A stretch of 64,000 nucleotides of DNA, taken from positions 124,792-188,791 of the forward strand of contig JAUQPL010000002.1 of the NCBI GenBank assembly GCA_030550395.1, given 5' to 3'. Below the pieces are notes generated by a model that was not told where the DNA came from, searched no databases, and worked only from the letters and a program-made list of their open reading frames with translations. This DNA is from Bacteroidota bacterium. Lineage in GTDB: Bacteria > Bacteroidota > Ignavibacteria > Kapaibacteriales > HRBIN21. Each line of letters begins with the position of its first letter. Position 1 is the first letter of the stretch. The position numbers and the translations under genes were made by a program. This document shows positions 1 through 9,385 of this stretch, in pieces.

Positions 1-70
1 ACGACGTCTGGTTCCTCTACCCACACCTGTGATAGCAGTGCCCACCGCATGGGTTACCCATGCCTCCAGT

Positions 71-1219
71 TCATTCCCGACCGTAGAAGCGACGGATTGT
101 AGCTGCCACTAATTCTACCTCTTCGGGGGTCAACTCCGGAAACATTGGGAGTGCCAATACCTCCCGGGCAGCACGTTCAGCTTCTGGAAAGTTCCCTTCG
201 CGGTATCCCAGGGAAGCATAAGCCTGTTGAAGGTGAGCAGGGATGGGGTAGTAGACGTTGGACTGAATTCCATTTGCTTCCAGGAAACGCCAGAGTTCGT
301 CTCGGCGCTGCGCGCGGATAACGTAGAGATGCCAATTAGGTTCGTGTCCGGGACGCACGATTGGATGGCGGATCTCCGGGATGTCCAGAAGCTCTTGGTA
401 GAGAGCAGCAATTTGGGCACGCTGTCGATTCGACTGCTCCAGGTACGGTAGCTTAACACGCAGGAAGGCTGCTTGCAGCTCGTCTAACCGGCTATTGTAT
501 CCGGGGACAACGCTTTGGTAAGGGGAGATCTGTCCGTAGTTGCGAAGCAACCGAAGTTGCTGAGCAAGCTGGTCATCATCGGTGACGACAGCCCCTCCAT
601 CCCCGTAAGCACCCAAGTTTTTCGTAGGGTAGAAGCTAAAGCAGCCAGCTATCCCAAATGTACCGGCTGACTGCCCGCGATACCGACTTCCATGGGCCTG
701 GGCAGCGTCTTCAATGACAGGAATTCCTGCCGAGAGGGCGAACGCCATGATAGGTTCCATCTCGGCGCAGTGCCCGAACAGGTGGACAGGAACGATGGCT
801 CGCGTCCGTGAAGTTACAGCCTTGGGAAGGTGCTCAGGGTTGAGCGTATAGGTGTCAGGTTCAATGTCAACGAATACAGGGCGCGCCCCCACCATGGCGA
901 TTGCCGCAATGGTCGGAATGGCAGTAAAAGGAGTTGTAATAACCTCATCACCAGCCCGGACGCCGACAGCAATGAGGGCTAAGGCTAATGCCTCTGTACC
1001 AGAGGCAACGCCGACAGCATGACGCCTCCCAACCATTTGGGCGAACTCGTATTCAAACTGCTGGAGCTGAACCCCCAGGATATACGTGCCACTGCGCAGT
1101 ACTTCCTCAGTGACAGTGAGGAGCTGAGGGAGAAGCGCTTCTGCTTGTCGCCGAAGGTTGCAGCGTTCAACTCTCCATGGATGCATAGGCTCTTTCCGAT
1201 AGGTACCCTTTCCGTGCAA
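71..1219 (-). CDS. DegT/DnrJ/EryC1/StrS-family PLP-dependent sugar aminotransferase
   Basis: 382-aa ORF. Family-typical N-terminal region (VGVASGTEALALALIAVGV) and PLP-lysine context FSFYPTKNLGAYGDGG. The true start is probably the second Met (MHPW, about 1186), because the first codons overlap the upstream gene. Confidence 0.85.
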   Translation of the reverse strand: MHGKGTYRKEPMHPWRVERCNLRRQAEALLPQLLTVTEEVLRSGTYILGVQLQQFEYEFAQMVGRRHAVGVASGTEALALALIAVGVRAGDEVITTPFTAIPTIAAIAMVGARPVFVDIEPDTYTLNPEHLPKAVTSRTRAIVPVHLFGHCAEMEPIMAFALSAGIPVIEDAAQAHGSRYRGQSAGTFGIAGCFSFYPTKNLGAYGDGGAVVTDDDQLAQQLRLLRNYGQISPYQSVVPGYNSRLDELQAAFLRVKLPYLEQSNRQRAQIAALYQELLDIPEIRHPIVRPGHEPNWHLYVIRAQRRDELWRFLEANGIQSNVYYPIPAHLQQAYASLGYREGNFPEAERAAREVLALPMFPELTPEEVELVAATIRRFYGRE

Positions 1220-2159
1220 GGAATCGGTAAATGCGCGGCTCTATCCAAAGGACTATCAACGCACAGAGTGCTCCAGCAATGAGGTCCACGACGTAGTGGT
1301 AGCGTAAGTAGACGGTTGCCACGATAAGGCTCCCACCCAGGAGCAGCAGTAACCACCGAGTGCATGAGCGGAAGCGAAATGCAAGGAAGATGTTGATAAG
1401 AGTTAGCATCGTGTGTCCGCTGGGCATGCAATCTCGGTGCACCCATGCTTCAGGTCGTGAAGCTCCTTCGGGAATGCCCCCGCCGGCATTAACATGAGCC
1501 CTCCACGTGGGTGTCAGCCACAGACCAGGGAGTTCTTTGTCAAGGTTGTGGAAGTCGTGGAGCGTAAACCGGGGACCAATCGCTGGAAGGGCGAAGTAGG
1601 CCAGGTAGGACGCATAGAATCCGAAGGACATAAGGCGCGCTAACTTGGAAATCTCCTCCAGGCGTCGCCGGCGCAGCAATTCTGTTGCGTGGATGATGGG
1701 AAGAAAGTAGAACAGCACGTACGTGGTCTGCAGGTACTCTGTGAGGAGCGGATGGGCAAAGCGAGCAAGCCAATGGGTAGGATGGGTTCCGAAGAGGGCA
1801 TAATCCCAGGCAATTAAAAGGTCATCGTACAGGTGTGGGTTGAGCACGGGAATGTAAGCGTGCACCTGTTGGTACATCACGTAGATGACCGGTGGCAGAT
1901 AGAACCAATGGAGCAGGCGAATCCACCGGGGAGTGGAATCACGGTCAGTCCACACCAAGAGAGCAATCAGCATAGCGATAAGGACGTTTACCAATAGCCA
2001 GAATGATGCTTGCTCTACTTTGACGTAGAAGATGATGGCGAGAGCGCTGTATATTCCTAAGAGGGCCAAGGTGTAGAGGTCGTGGGCATACCACCGCCAT
2101 CGGCGGAGGCTGTGGGGATGGGAGACACGACGTAGCGGCGCAATGTCAAGGGTGCGCAT
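1167..2159 (-). CDS. PAP2-superfamily integral membrane phosphotransferase/phosphatase (sphingomyelin/IPC-synthase-like motifs)
   Basis: 330-aa polytopic ORF. C-terminal motifs CMPSGHT and RYHYVVDLIAG correspond to PAP2 C2/C3 motifs in the form seen in sphingomyelin/IPC synthases (SGHT ... HYxxD). Confidence 0.6.
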   Translation of the reverse strand: MRTLDIAPLRRVSHPHSLRRWRWYAHDLYTLALLGIYSALAIIFYVKVEQASFWLLVNVLIAMLIALLVWTDRDSTPRWIRLLHWFYLPPVIYVMYQQVHAYIPVLNPHLYDDLLIAWDYALFGTHPTHWLARFAHPLLTEYLQTTYVLFYFLPIIHATELLRRRRLEEISKLARLMSFGFYASYLAYFALPAIGPRFTLHDFHNLDKELPGLWLTPTWRAHVNAGGGIPEGASRPEAWVHRDCMPSGHTMLTLINIFLAFRFRSCTRWLLLLLGGSLIVATVYLRYHYVVDLIAGALCALIVLWIEPRIYRFLARKGYLSERAYASMES

Positions 2160-2997
2160 GGAGACACTGCGGGCTTAACAGACGATACAGCGCAACGAAC
2201 TCTTCCGGGGACAGCTCTTCGGCCCGACGGTCGGGAGCTATCCCTGCTTGACGGAGCAGCTCCTCGGTATCCTGCAGGGAGGGATGATAGTGTGCAATAT
2301 AGTAGCGGAGCGAATTGTGCAGTTGTTTTCGGCGGTGTTGAAAAACTGCATGCAGGAGTTTGAGGAACCCTTCGTACAGCTCTCCAGTCCATGCATGCGG
2401 CAAGAAGGAAAGGGTAACCACAGAGGAGACCACAGCTGGAGGCGGACTGAAGGCGGATGGAGCTACATGGAAATGGAGCTGGGCCTGTGCCACAGCCCAA
2501 CAGGCAAGTCGGAGAATTCCGTAGTCTCGGCTTCCCGGCTGAGCGACGAGCCGCTGGGCAAGCTCCCGCTGAAGCATGAAGACCGCCTTTGATAAAAGGC
2601 GTGCTATGTGGAAAAGGCGGAACAGTAGAGCAGAGCTGATGTTGTAGGGGAGATTCCCAATTAGCAACAGCTTCTTTCCCGTCTGCTGAAGCACCTGCTG
2701 TGCGAGAGTAGTGATGTTAACACGGAGAATATCCGCATGGATAAACTCCACGTGCGGGAACGAAGAGGTGGGAAAGCGCTTTTGCAGGAGTTCAAGGCAG
2801 CGTTTGTCTATCTCCACGGCGATGAGCCGGATAGGCAGGGAAACTAAGTACTCGGTAAGGACGCCAGTTCCCGGACCAATTTCTAAAACTGTGGCACCAG
2901 GTTGGACGTCCAGCAGCTGGACTATGCGCCGTGCTATCGACCGGTTATGGAGAAAATGCTGTCCCCAACGCTTCCGTGGTGCAACACTGCAGAGCAT
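2146..2997 (-). CDS. rsmA: 16S rRNA (adenine1518/1519-N6)-dimethyltransferase
   Basis: 283 aa. Contains PRKRWGQHFL, the SAM-binding motif EIGPGTGVLT, and GNLPYNISS. Confidence 0.9.
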   Translation of the reverse strand: MLCSVAPRKRWGQHFLHNRSIARRIVQLLDVQPGATVLEIGPGTGVLTEYLVSLPIRLIAVEIDKRCLELLQKRFPTSSFPHVEFIHADILRVNITTLAQQVLQQTGKKLLLIGNLPYNISSALLFRLFHIARLLSKAVFMLQRELAQRLVAQPGSRDYGILRLACWAVAQAQLHFHVAPSAFSPPPAVVSSVVTLSFLPHAWTGELYEGFLKLLHAVFQHRRKQLHNSLRYYIAHYHPSLQDTEELLRQAGIAPDRRAEELSPEEFVALYRLLSPQCLHAHP

Positions 2998-3000
2998 CTT

Positions 3001-3492
3001 CTACTGCTGGAGCTCGGCACGGAGTCGTTCGTAAACATCCTCCAGCGCATGAGAGACGACTTTAACGTCGGCGGTAACGGGCAGGAAATTCGTATCCCCA
3101 TGCCAGCGGGGAACGATGTGTACGTGGATGTGCTCCGGTAGTCCAGCGCCGGCAGCCCGCCCGATGTTCAATCCGATGTTGAATCCGTGTGGAGAAAATG
3201 CCCGGCGGAGAGCCTGGACAACATCGCGCGTGCGGAGCATGAGCACACAGAGTTCTGCTTCACTCAGCTCTTCAAGATCACCGACATGGCGGTGAGGGGC
3301 AACCATAACGTGCCCGCTGTTGTAAGGATAGCGGTTCAGGATTGCAAAGCAGTGGTCCCAGCGAGCTACAACTAAGAGCTCTCGATCACGACTGCTATCA
3401 CTCTGGAGCACTTCGCATAGAAAGCAGCCGCTTTCAGCATGGGCAACCGAGGAGACGTATTGTGCCCGCCAGGGTGCCCATAGGCGTTCCAT
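3001..3492 (-). CDS. HIT-family (histidine triad) nucleotide hydrolase/transferase
   Basis: 163 aa. Histidine-triad motif HIHVHIVPRW. Confidence 0.85.
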   Translation of the reverse strand: MERLWAPWRAQYVSSVAHAESGCFLCEVLQSDSSRDRELLVVARWDHCFAILNRYPYNSGHVMVAPHRHVGDLEELSEAELCVLMLRTRDVVQALRRAFSPHGFNIGLNIGRAAGAGLPEHIHVHIVPRWHGDTNFLPVTADVKVVSHALEDVYERLRAELQQ

Positions 3493-3552
3493 GAAGAAGT
3501 GGTAGGGGCAAGATTGTGAGACTGGAAACAGAAATGTTTCAAAAACAACCCG

Positions 3553-4407
3553 TCATAGAGCGGTCCGTAGGTCAACGCCGATTTGGAGAGCATTAGCTCG
3601 CCAGTTTTCTCGGGTAGTAACCTTCGTGATGCCGAAGTTGTAGAAAATACCTGGCAGCACCCGCCAGCGTCCAACAGTCAGCTCGTATTGTAGCCCTGCT
3701 TTAATACCCAGGCGAAATCCCGAGCGCTCTTCAATGTCACCATCGCGGATGATGATCGTGCGGTCATTGTTGGTGTACCGGAGCGTGGGGTCAGTAGTGT
3801 CACGCACGAAGACCGGGATATAACGACGTCCGGCAATCTCCACAAATTCAGGACTGGTAAGCTCGTAGCGTTGCTGGAAGGTCCCCTTCACGGGGAAACC
3901 GAAGGTCGGTCCAACAACAACCCCGACTGGCAGATTGGCAATATCAATGCGATAGAGGAGCTCGGCGTTGATTAAGTAGTAACTCACCTGTGCAACATGT
4001 CGGGTAGAGGTGTTGACCACAATCGGCGTATCGCGTCCATCAATCGTAGCTGTGAGCCGGCTGGGATAGTTGTCCCCGGTGACTTCAAAGGTAGTAGGCA
4101 AGTTGTCAAAAAGTAGTCGCAAAGTCACAGAGGAGCGGGAAGTCCGTGGGTCCCCCAGGAGATACTCTGCTGTTATTCCAAGAAAGAAGCCGTTTGCAGA
4201 GCCTCGTTCAAAAACCGGGCATTCCGTCTGGGTTGCAAAAGAAGCAATATTCGCCGTGTGGAAGCTCCGGTCGTACCCCGCTGCTGGACCAATGAAAACT
4301 CGCGGTGGCACGACTTCCGGTGCCAACGGACTCGGTTCTAACTGTGCCAGTGCAACAGTTGTCACAAGGCTGGTTGCAACAGCCCACGGGAACACGCTCC
4401 GCACCAT
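3553..4407 (-). CDS. Predicted outer-membrane beta-barrel protein
   Basis: Signal peptide MVRSVFPWAVATSLVTTVALAQ, followed by alternating amphipathic beta-strand pattern. The ORF-track start at 4437 overlaps the upstream gene, so the Met at 4407 is preferred. No specific family recognised. Confidence 0.45.
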   Translation of the reverse strand: MVRSVFPWAVATSLVTTVALAQLEPSPLAPEVVPPRVFIGPAAGYDRSFHTANIASFATQTECPVFERGSANGFFLGITAEYLLGDPRTSRSSVTLRLLFDNLPTTFEVTGDNYPSRLTATIDGRDTPIVVNTSTRHVAQVSYYLINAELLYRIDIANLPVGVVVGPTFGFPVKGTFQQRYELTSPEFVEIAGRRYIPVFVRDTTDPTLRYTNNDRTIIIRDGDIEERSGFRLGIKAGLQYELTVGRWRVLPGIFYNFGITKVTTRENWRANALQIGVDLRTAL

Positions 4408-4420
4408 TATCCCCTTACCC

Positions 4421-7400
4421 TTATCGCTGTATGACATACAGTCGTTGTTGAATGCCTGTTGCTGTAATCAAACGCATGCAGTAGACACCGGAGGACATAT
4501 TGGTTGTTTCAAACTTACAAAAAACTGGTCCTCCCGGCAACGACATATCCCATGTTCCAATGATATGCCCTTGGAGGGTGAGCAGCTGAAGCTGTGCAGA
4601 TGTTGGCGCAGAGCTCCACAGGTGGAGTATGAAGCTCTCGGAGGCGGGTTGGGGAAAGATCCCGCTGAGGCGGACTTCTGGTACTTCGCGTAGGGAAACG
4701 GAACGAAGTCGTGGGGCACAGAGTCCGTTGAGGAGAAGCTCCACTGAGAGACTATCACCGGAGAAACAGTCGGAGGAATCAGGGTATGTGAGGACACGGA
4801 TAAAGTATTGTTGGGTGTCACCAATGAAGGCTTGGATTGGGAGTTGAATGCGCCACCGCGTGGGTTCAGTTGTGCTGATACTCATGGGAGCAAGGTGAAC
4901 ACAGAATCCCCATGGGTGCTCGTGGACTTCTGTTACCATCCCTGGTTGCAAGGTGTTGTCTCGCTCTACCTCGTACCGGATCCCTGAACTTTCTATGCTC
5001 CACACGTTTGTTGGCAGGAGGAGGCAAAGTTGCCCTCCGGCGGTTACTCCCCGGGCGATAGGCAGCATTCCTGAAAGCTGAAGTACACCTTGTCCTCCCG
5101 GCTGGAGGAAGAGAGTGTTGCTCTGCACAATGGTCCATGGCTGTGGCAGCGCCTGGATGGAGAGAGTTTCTTCCCATGCAAGAGGAGTTATTTGCAAAGT
5201 GTCGGAGAAGAAATGCTCCGAGTGCAGAAAGAGGCGGAACGTTACCGAGGGCTGTCCACTTGGTAAGCCATCCAAAAGGAGAGTGAAGCAGATGTAGTCA
5301 CCTGGAGCGATTGTATCGGGTAGGGGCGGTGTAAGGGAGCGTATTAGACCTCCCAGGAGAAAGAGACTGTCACAGATGAGCGTGGTGCTGCCACGATTCC
5401 ACACGCAGAGCTGCCCTTCAAACTCCTTGCAAGCGGTGGTAACCGATGGGAGATTTACTCGGACTTCCCATCGTGTTGTGAAGGTGTCTTCTGGAGGGAT
5501 CTCTATACCGTAGCCCCATAGAGGGACATGGAGGGTATCGGTGGGGTATGGCGGCTGTCCGTTGTGGCGCAGAACAAGGAAGGCTTCGTGAGACCCTGTG
5601 TGCAAGGGACGGAAGCGCAAGTGTAGGCGGAGAGTATCACCAGGAGAGAGTTGCTGGGGGAAGACGGTGGGGGAGGCAAAGGAAAATGCTGTTCTATCGG
5701 GACCCTCCAGCCAGAGGGTGTCTATAACGGTTGCCTCATTACCCGAGCATGCAAGCACAGCAGCAAGGCTATCCCGGGAATTCCCGACAGGAACTGTGTC
5801 AAAGTTGATCGGATTGGGGTAGAACTCTGGTGCACTTCCTTCGCCAAGCAGGGTGATCGAAATCGGTGGATGAGGTTGCCAAGAGCTCTGGAGAGTGAGG
5901 TGTCGGACATATCGCTGTGGCTGGGTAGGGGTAAACCAGATAGGAGCATGGAGCGCTTCTCCGCCCAGCAAGCGGACGCGCTGAGGGATGGTATAGCCCA
6001 GTTCCGGTGAGCCAGTGTCCTGCATGAGTTGGATTTCTGTGGGACTATCGCCGGAGTTCAGCAGTGCAAGGGTAGAATCAAAGCGGCGCCCAATGCGGCG
6101 TCGTCCCCAATCAATCGTAATATCCTTGACCTCGGGGGCAATGCCCCGTCCTTCTATGCGGACAGCTACGGCAGTTGGCGGATTTGTTTCTAGCTCAAGC
6201 TCTTCCCAGAATAGTCCCCGTTGCGGTGGTCGGAAATAGACGGAGATGCGAAGTGTGTCTTCATTTGCAAGGGAGGTTGGGAAGATGCCAACCGTATCCA
6301 AGCTGAAGGCGTTTTCACCCCGACGTGCTCGGACTCCCTGTACTTGGAGTGGGCGGTTCCCGGTATTTGCCCACCAGACACTGCATCTTCCCTCTGCGCC
6401 GACGAGAACAGCTCCGGCTGAGCATCCCCGGGCAGAAAGCCCTACAGAGTCCACTGTTCCTTCAACCGAGATGGCAAAGGCGACATTGCAAGCGGTCCGG
6501 ACTCGGAGGGTATCCCGAAGCGGACGCACATTGCCATTAGGACGGAAGCACACGCGGAAAGTAGCCAAGGCCTGGGGAGGCAAGCTTAAAGGAAGGTCTG
6601 CTTGAACGGAAAGTCGGCTATCTCGGAAGGTAAGCTCTACGATATGGAGGGTATCTTGGCCGATGTTCCTCAGCGTTACACTTTGGCACTTGGTGCTATA
6701 GGGGGAAATGCCCAGAAATTCCACACTGGTTGGTTGCCATTCCAAGCGAGGAGCCCAATAGCGGTAACGGAACCACCGCCGATTGCCAGCGTTATCTCGG
6801 AGTTCTGTGAACAGCTGTCCATCACGGGCAAGGTCCACAGGTTGGGCTGTTATGATGGCTTCCGTTCGGGTAAGCTGAGAGTATTGCCAATCATAGTTCC
6901 ACGTGCTATCAGGGAGGACTTGAATCCATGCGATACCGGAGGCACTATCGGAGGCTTGGAGTTCTACAGAGCCGCAGACTGTTGTTCGCAGAGAGAGGCG
7001 GGGAGGCACGGTGTCTCTTCCTTGACCTGCTGGGAGGAGACCACTACCTAAAACGAGGGCATACGAGTCAACGTATCCCGTGCCGTAGAGGATACCGGCG
7101 AATGCGCCTACGGGGGTTTGCAGCTGGTAGACCCTTCCTGGTTCCATCCGAAGCTGAACCCAATGGTAGTGGACTCCTCCAGCAAACGTCCAGGGTAACT
7201 GCTGAGATAGTAGTTCGGGGGCCACTGTGGTAATTGGGGTGCCGTTGAGACGGAGGGTTGATACGGCGTCAGCACTCACGGTTAGATTAATCCAGTGTCG
7301 CTTGAATTGGTTGAATCCTGAAAGGCTGGTGTCAGGAATGAAGAAGTGGGCTTGTTGGATGTGCTGTTCCACTGGCGGCACTATGACCATGCACGGGTCA

Positions 7401-8479
7401 AAGCTGACGTAGGGGTTGACCACCGCTTCTGCACCGCCTATCACAGCTGAGTACATCAGCTGCACCAGCAAGAAGGGTTTGTCTGCTTCCCATAGGATGG
7501 GCGAGGCTTCAGCGGGGAAGTCTGCCACATCACCGGCACTTTGGAGGATGGTCTCCGTAATTTGTCCCGTTGCAGCCCGGGTGAGCCGTACTCGCGTTTG
7601 CGGGAAGGCAGCGATGGCTCGGAACCAGTCACCTGTCCCAACGGCGAAGGGTGTGCTGATATAACGCTGCCCGAGTGCCGAGACCGGGGGAAGCATCTCC
7701 ACCAGGTGATCCTTGGTGTCCACGTCGGAAGGAAGATTCAGTGGCAGGGAAATACGGACATGGCCGGAGAGCACTCCAACGGGTTTGGAGCTCCGTATCA
7801 AAGTTCCAGTCATGTCTCCAAGTCCTTTCGGGGTAGAGTCAGATTGGACAAGATAACACTCCCCACGGTTAAGCACGACCGTGTGAGGAATCCCTGCTTC
7901 CTTACCCGTCGCTGTGCGGCTTCGGGGTATGAAGGTCACAATCGTGGAGTCGTAGGCAGCTACAAGCATCCACTCACTCCGGCGGAGAGCGAGGTCACGG
8001 AGTCGGTTGTTTGTTGTATCCCCTGGGCGCGGGGTATAAGCATCGTTGGGGAAGGAAGCGATTACATACTCGGTACCCCAGTTTGGCACAGGGATAGCCG
8101 TGTAGGCATCAGTGGTTGTTCTCTGGGTATTGAAGGCATAAACCACGATGGGGGCATCGGAGCGGATTTCTATTGCTGCTCGAACAGGGCGCTCAAGGGC
8201 GCGAACTTCTAACTCCGGTGGTATGGCGATCCAGGAATACCCTCCGCCAGGGAGCCGGTATTGGCGAGGTTGTGACTCTGTGGGAAGATATACCCATACG
8301 GTTGCCGGTGAACGGGCAGCAATACTTAGCTGAAGACGGAGGGAAGAGCCGCGCTCAATCTCGTTTTGCAGAAAACCCACGAAGAAATGGGTCCCCGCAA
8401 ACATGGAGGGGCGCTCTGCCGAGGGCTGGGCGAAGAGCAGAGTGCACGTAATGGTACCTATCCCAAGCGCCCGCTTCAT
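4421..8479 (-). CDS. Large secreted T9SS cargo protein (IgGFc-binding-like N-terminal domain, tandem Ig-like ASH/choice-of-anchor-D-type domains, type-A T9SS C-terminal domain)
   Basis: 1352 aa. Signal peptide (…TLLFAQP). The N-terminal domain runs from GTHFFVGFLQNE to LYGTGYVDSYALVLGSG. At least 4 roughly 100-aa repeats have the pattern 'FDTVPVG...L.N.G...L.I'. The C-terminus (FPQPASESF...GVYCMRLITATGIQQRLYVIQR) is typical of the Por secretion tail. Confidence 0.7.
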   Translation of the reverse strand: MKRALGIGTITCTLLFAQPSAERPSMFAGTHFFVGFLQNEIERGSSLRLQLSIAARSPATVWVYLPTESQPRQYRLPGGGYSWIAIPPELEVRALERPVRAAIEIRSDAPIVVYAFNTQRTTTDAYTAIPVPNWGTEYVIASFPNDAYTPRPGDTTNNRLRDLALRRSEWMLVAAYDSTIVTFIPRSRTATGKEAGIPHTVVLNRGECYLVQSDSTPKGLGDMTGTLIRSSKPVGVLSGHVRISLPLNLPSDVDTKDHLVEMLPPVSALGQRYISTPFAVGTGDWFRAIAAFPQTRVRLTRAATGQITETILQSAGDVADFPAEASPILWEADKPFLLVQLMYSAVIGGAEAVVNPYVSFDPCMVIVPPVEQHIQQAHFFIPDTSLSGFNQFKRHWINLTVSADAVSTLRLNGTPITTVAPELLSQQLPWTFAGGVHYHWVQLRMEPGRVYQLQTPVGAFAGILYGTGYVDSYALVLGSGLLPAGQGRDTVPPRLSLRTTVCGSVELQASDSASGIAWIQVLPDSTWNYDWQYSQLTRTEAIITAQPVDLARDGQLFTELRDNAGNRRWFRYRYWAPRLEWQPTSVEFLGISPYSTKCQSVTLRNIGQDTLHIVELTFRDSRLSVQADLPLSLPPQALATFRVCFRPNGNVRPLRDTLRVRTACNVAFAISVEGTVDSVGLSARGCSAGAVLVGAEGRCSVWWANTGNRPLQVQGVRARRGENAFSLDTVGIFPTSLANEDTLRISVYFRPPQRGLFWEELELETNPPTAVAVRIEGRGIAPEVKDITIDWGRRRIGRRFDSTLALLNSGDSPTEIQLMQDTGSPELGYTIPQRVRLLGGEALHAPIWFTPTQPQRYVRHLTLQSSWQPHPPISITLLGEGSAPEFYPNPINFDTVPVGNSRDSLAAVLACSGNEATVIDTLWLEGPDRTAFSFASPTVFPQQLSPGDTLRLHLRFRPLHTGSHEAFLVLRHNGQPPYPTDTLHVPLWGYGIEIPPEDTFTTRWEVRVNLPSVTTACKEFEGQLCVWNRGSTTLICDSLFLLGGLIRSLTPPLPDTIAPGDYICFTLLLDGLPSGQPSVTFRLFLHSEHFFSDTLQITPLAWEETLSIQALPQPWTIVQSNTLFLQPGGQGVLQLSGMLPIARGVTAGGQLCLLLPTNVWSIESSGIRYEVERDNTLQPGMVTEVHEHPWGFCVHLAPMSISTTEPTRWRIQLPIQAFIGDTQQYFIRVLTYPDSSDCFSGDSLSVELLLNGLCAPRLRSVSLREVPEVRLSGIFPQPASESFILHLWSSAPTSAQLQLLTLQGHIIGTWDMSLPGGPVFCKFETTNMSSGVYCMRLITATGIQQRLYVIQR

Positions 8480-8537
8480 AGCAACTCCGAGTATGGCAGC
8501 AGAAATTTACGAAGTTTCTCAACAGTGATATGCTCGT

Positions 8538-9257
8538 CTATTGTGCTTCCGAGCTTAGCCGGGAGAGGTAATCAGCGTTGAGAAGGGCAAAGCGTACAAG
8601 TGCAGCGACATTACGAGCGCGAAGCTTCTCCATCAAGTGGGCTCGGTGAGTTTCAACCGTCCGGGAACTAATCCCAAGGCGAGAGGCAATCTCTTTGGAG
8701 GTGAGTCCTTCGGCGATTAATTGAAGGATGCGTCCTTCCTGGGGGGTAATGCGGACAAGGGGTTGCTCGGGCGAAAGGGAGCGAATCTCAATGTCCTGGA
8801 TGAAAGCGACGATGGCAGGACTGAAAACTTGCTCGCCTGCCGTACAAGCCAAGATCGCTTCAACCAGCTCTTCGGGCTTCATGCTTTTGGTCAAATAACC
8901 GTGTGCTCCGGCTCGCAATGCTTGTTCGACGTGGAAGGCATCTTCGTAGGAGGTCAGAATGATGATGCGCAGTTGTGGCATTGTGGAGCGGAGGATGCGG
9001 GTCGCCTCAATCCCATTGAGGCGGGGCATAATAATATCCAGCAGAACGACATCGGGGCGATGGTGGCGTGCGAGGGCAATGGCTTCTTCTCCCGTGGCAG
9101 CTTCTCCGACTATCTCAAAGAGTGGTTGTTTGCTGAGAATGTGGCGGAGTCCTGTACGGACGATTTCATGGTCATCGGCGATCAGTAGCCGAATGGGTCC
9201 TGAGAACAGGCGAAATCCAGCGGCGGATTTGGTCACGTAGCCATGCATAGTCGGCAT
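8538..9257 (-). CDS. NarL/LuxR-family response regulator (REC + LuxR HTH)
   Basis: 239 aa. REC domain (LLIADDHEIV ... VVLLDIIMPRLNG) and LuxR-type HTH (LTSKEIASRLGISSRTVETHRAHLMEKL). No cognate kinase gene is adjacent. Confidence 0.85.
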   Translation of the reverse strand: MPTMHGYVTKSAAGFRLFSGPIRLLIADDHEIVRTGLRHILSKQPLFEIVGEAATGEEAIALARHHRPDVVLLDIIMPRLNGIEATRILRSTMPQLRIIILTSYEDAFHVEQALRAGAHGYLTKSMKPEELVEAILACTAGEQVFSPAIVAFIQDIEIRSLSPEQPLVRITPQEGRILQLIAEGLTSKEIASRLGISSRTVETHRAHLMEKLRARNVAALVRFALLNADYLSRLSSEAQ

Positions 9258-9385
9258 TCCAGCGTAAGGAAAGACCGCTGTCGCTGTCTTCTTAAACCGA
9301 CTTCCGCTCTGTAAGGTTCCACGACGAACGGTTCTCCATGCTCATTCGTCGGTGTCCTATAGGAATTACTGGCAAAACCAATGCC

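Noticed and set aside
1-50. Possible start of another minus-strand gene (ATG at 50-48, MRWALLSQVWVEEPDV...) running off the window
   Set aside because: Only about 16 codons are visible, which is too short to support a call.
3525-3540. Hairpin GAAACA-GAAA-TGTTTC between the beta-barrel gene and the HIT gene, considered as a terminator
   Set aside because: The stem is only 6 bp. On the transcribed (minus) strand the U-tract precedes the stem rather than following it, so it is not a canonical intrinsic terminator.
7541-8212. 223-aa plus-strand ORF inside the 1352-aa T9SS protein gene (likewise 4070-4693 and 6602-7051)
   Set aside because: These are antisense to a long ORF with coherent domain structure. 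They have no motifs and biased composition.
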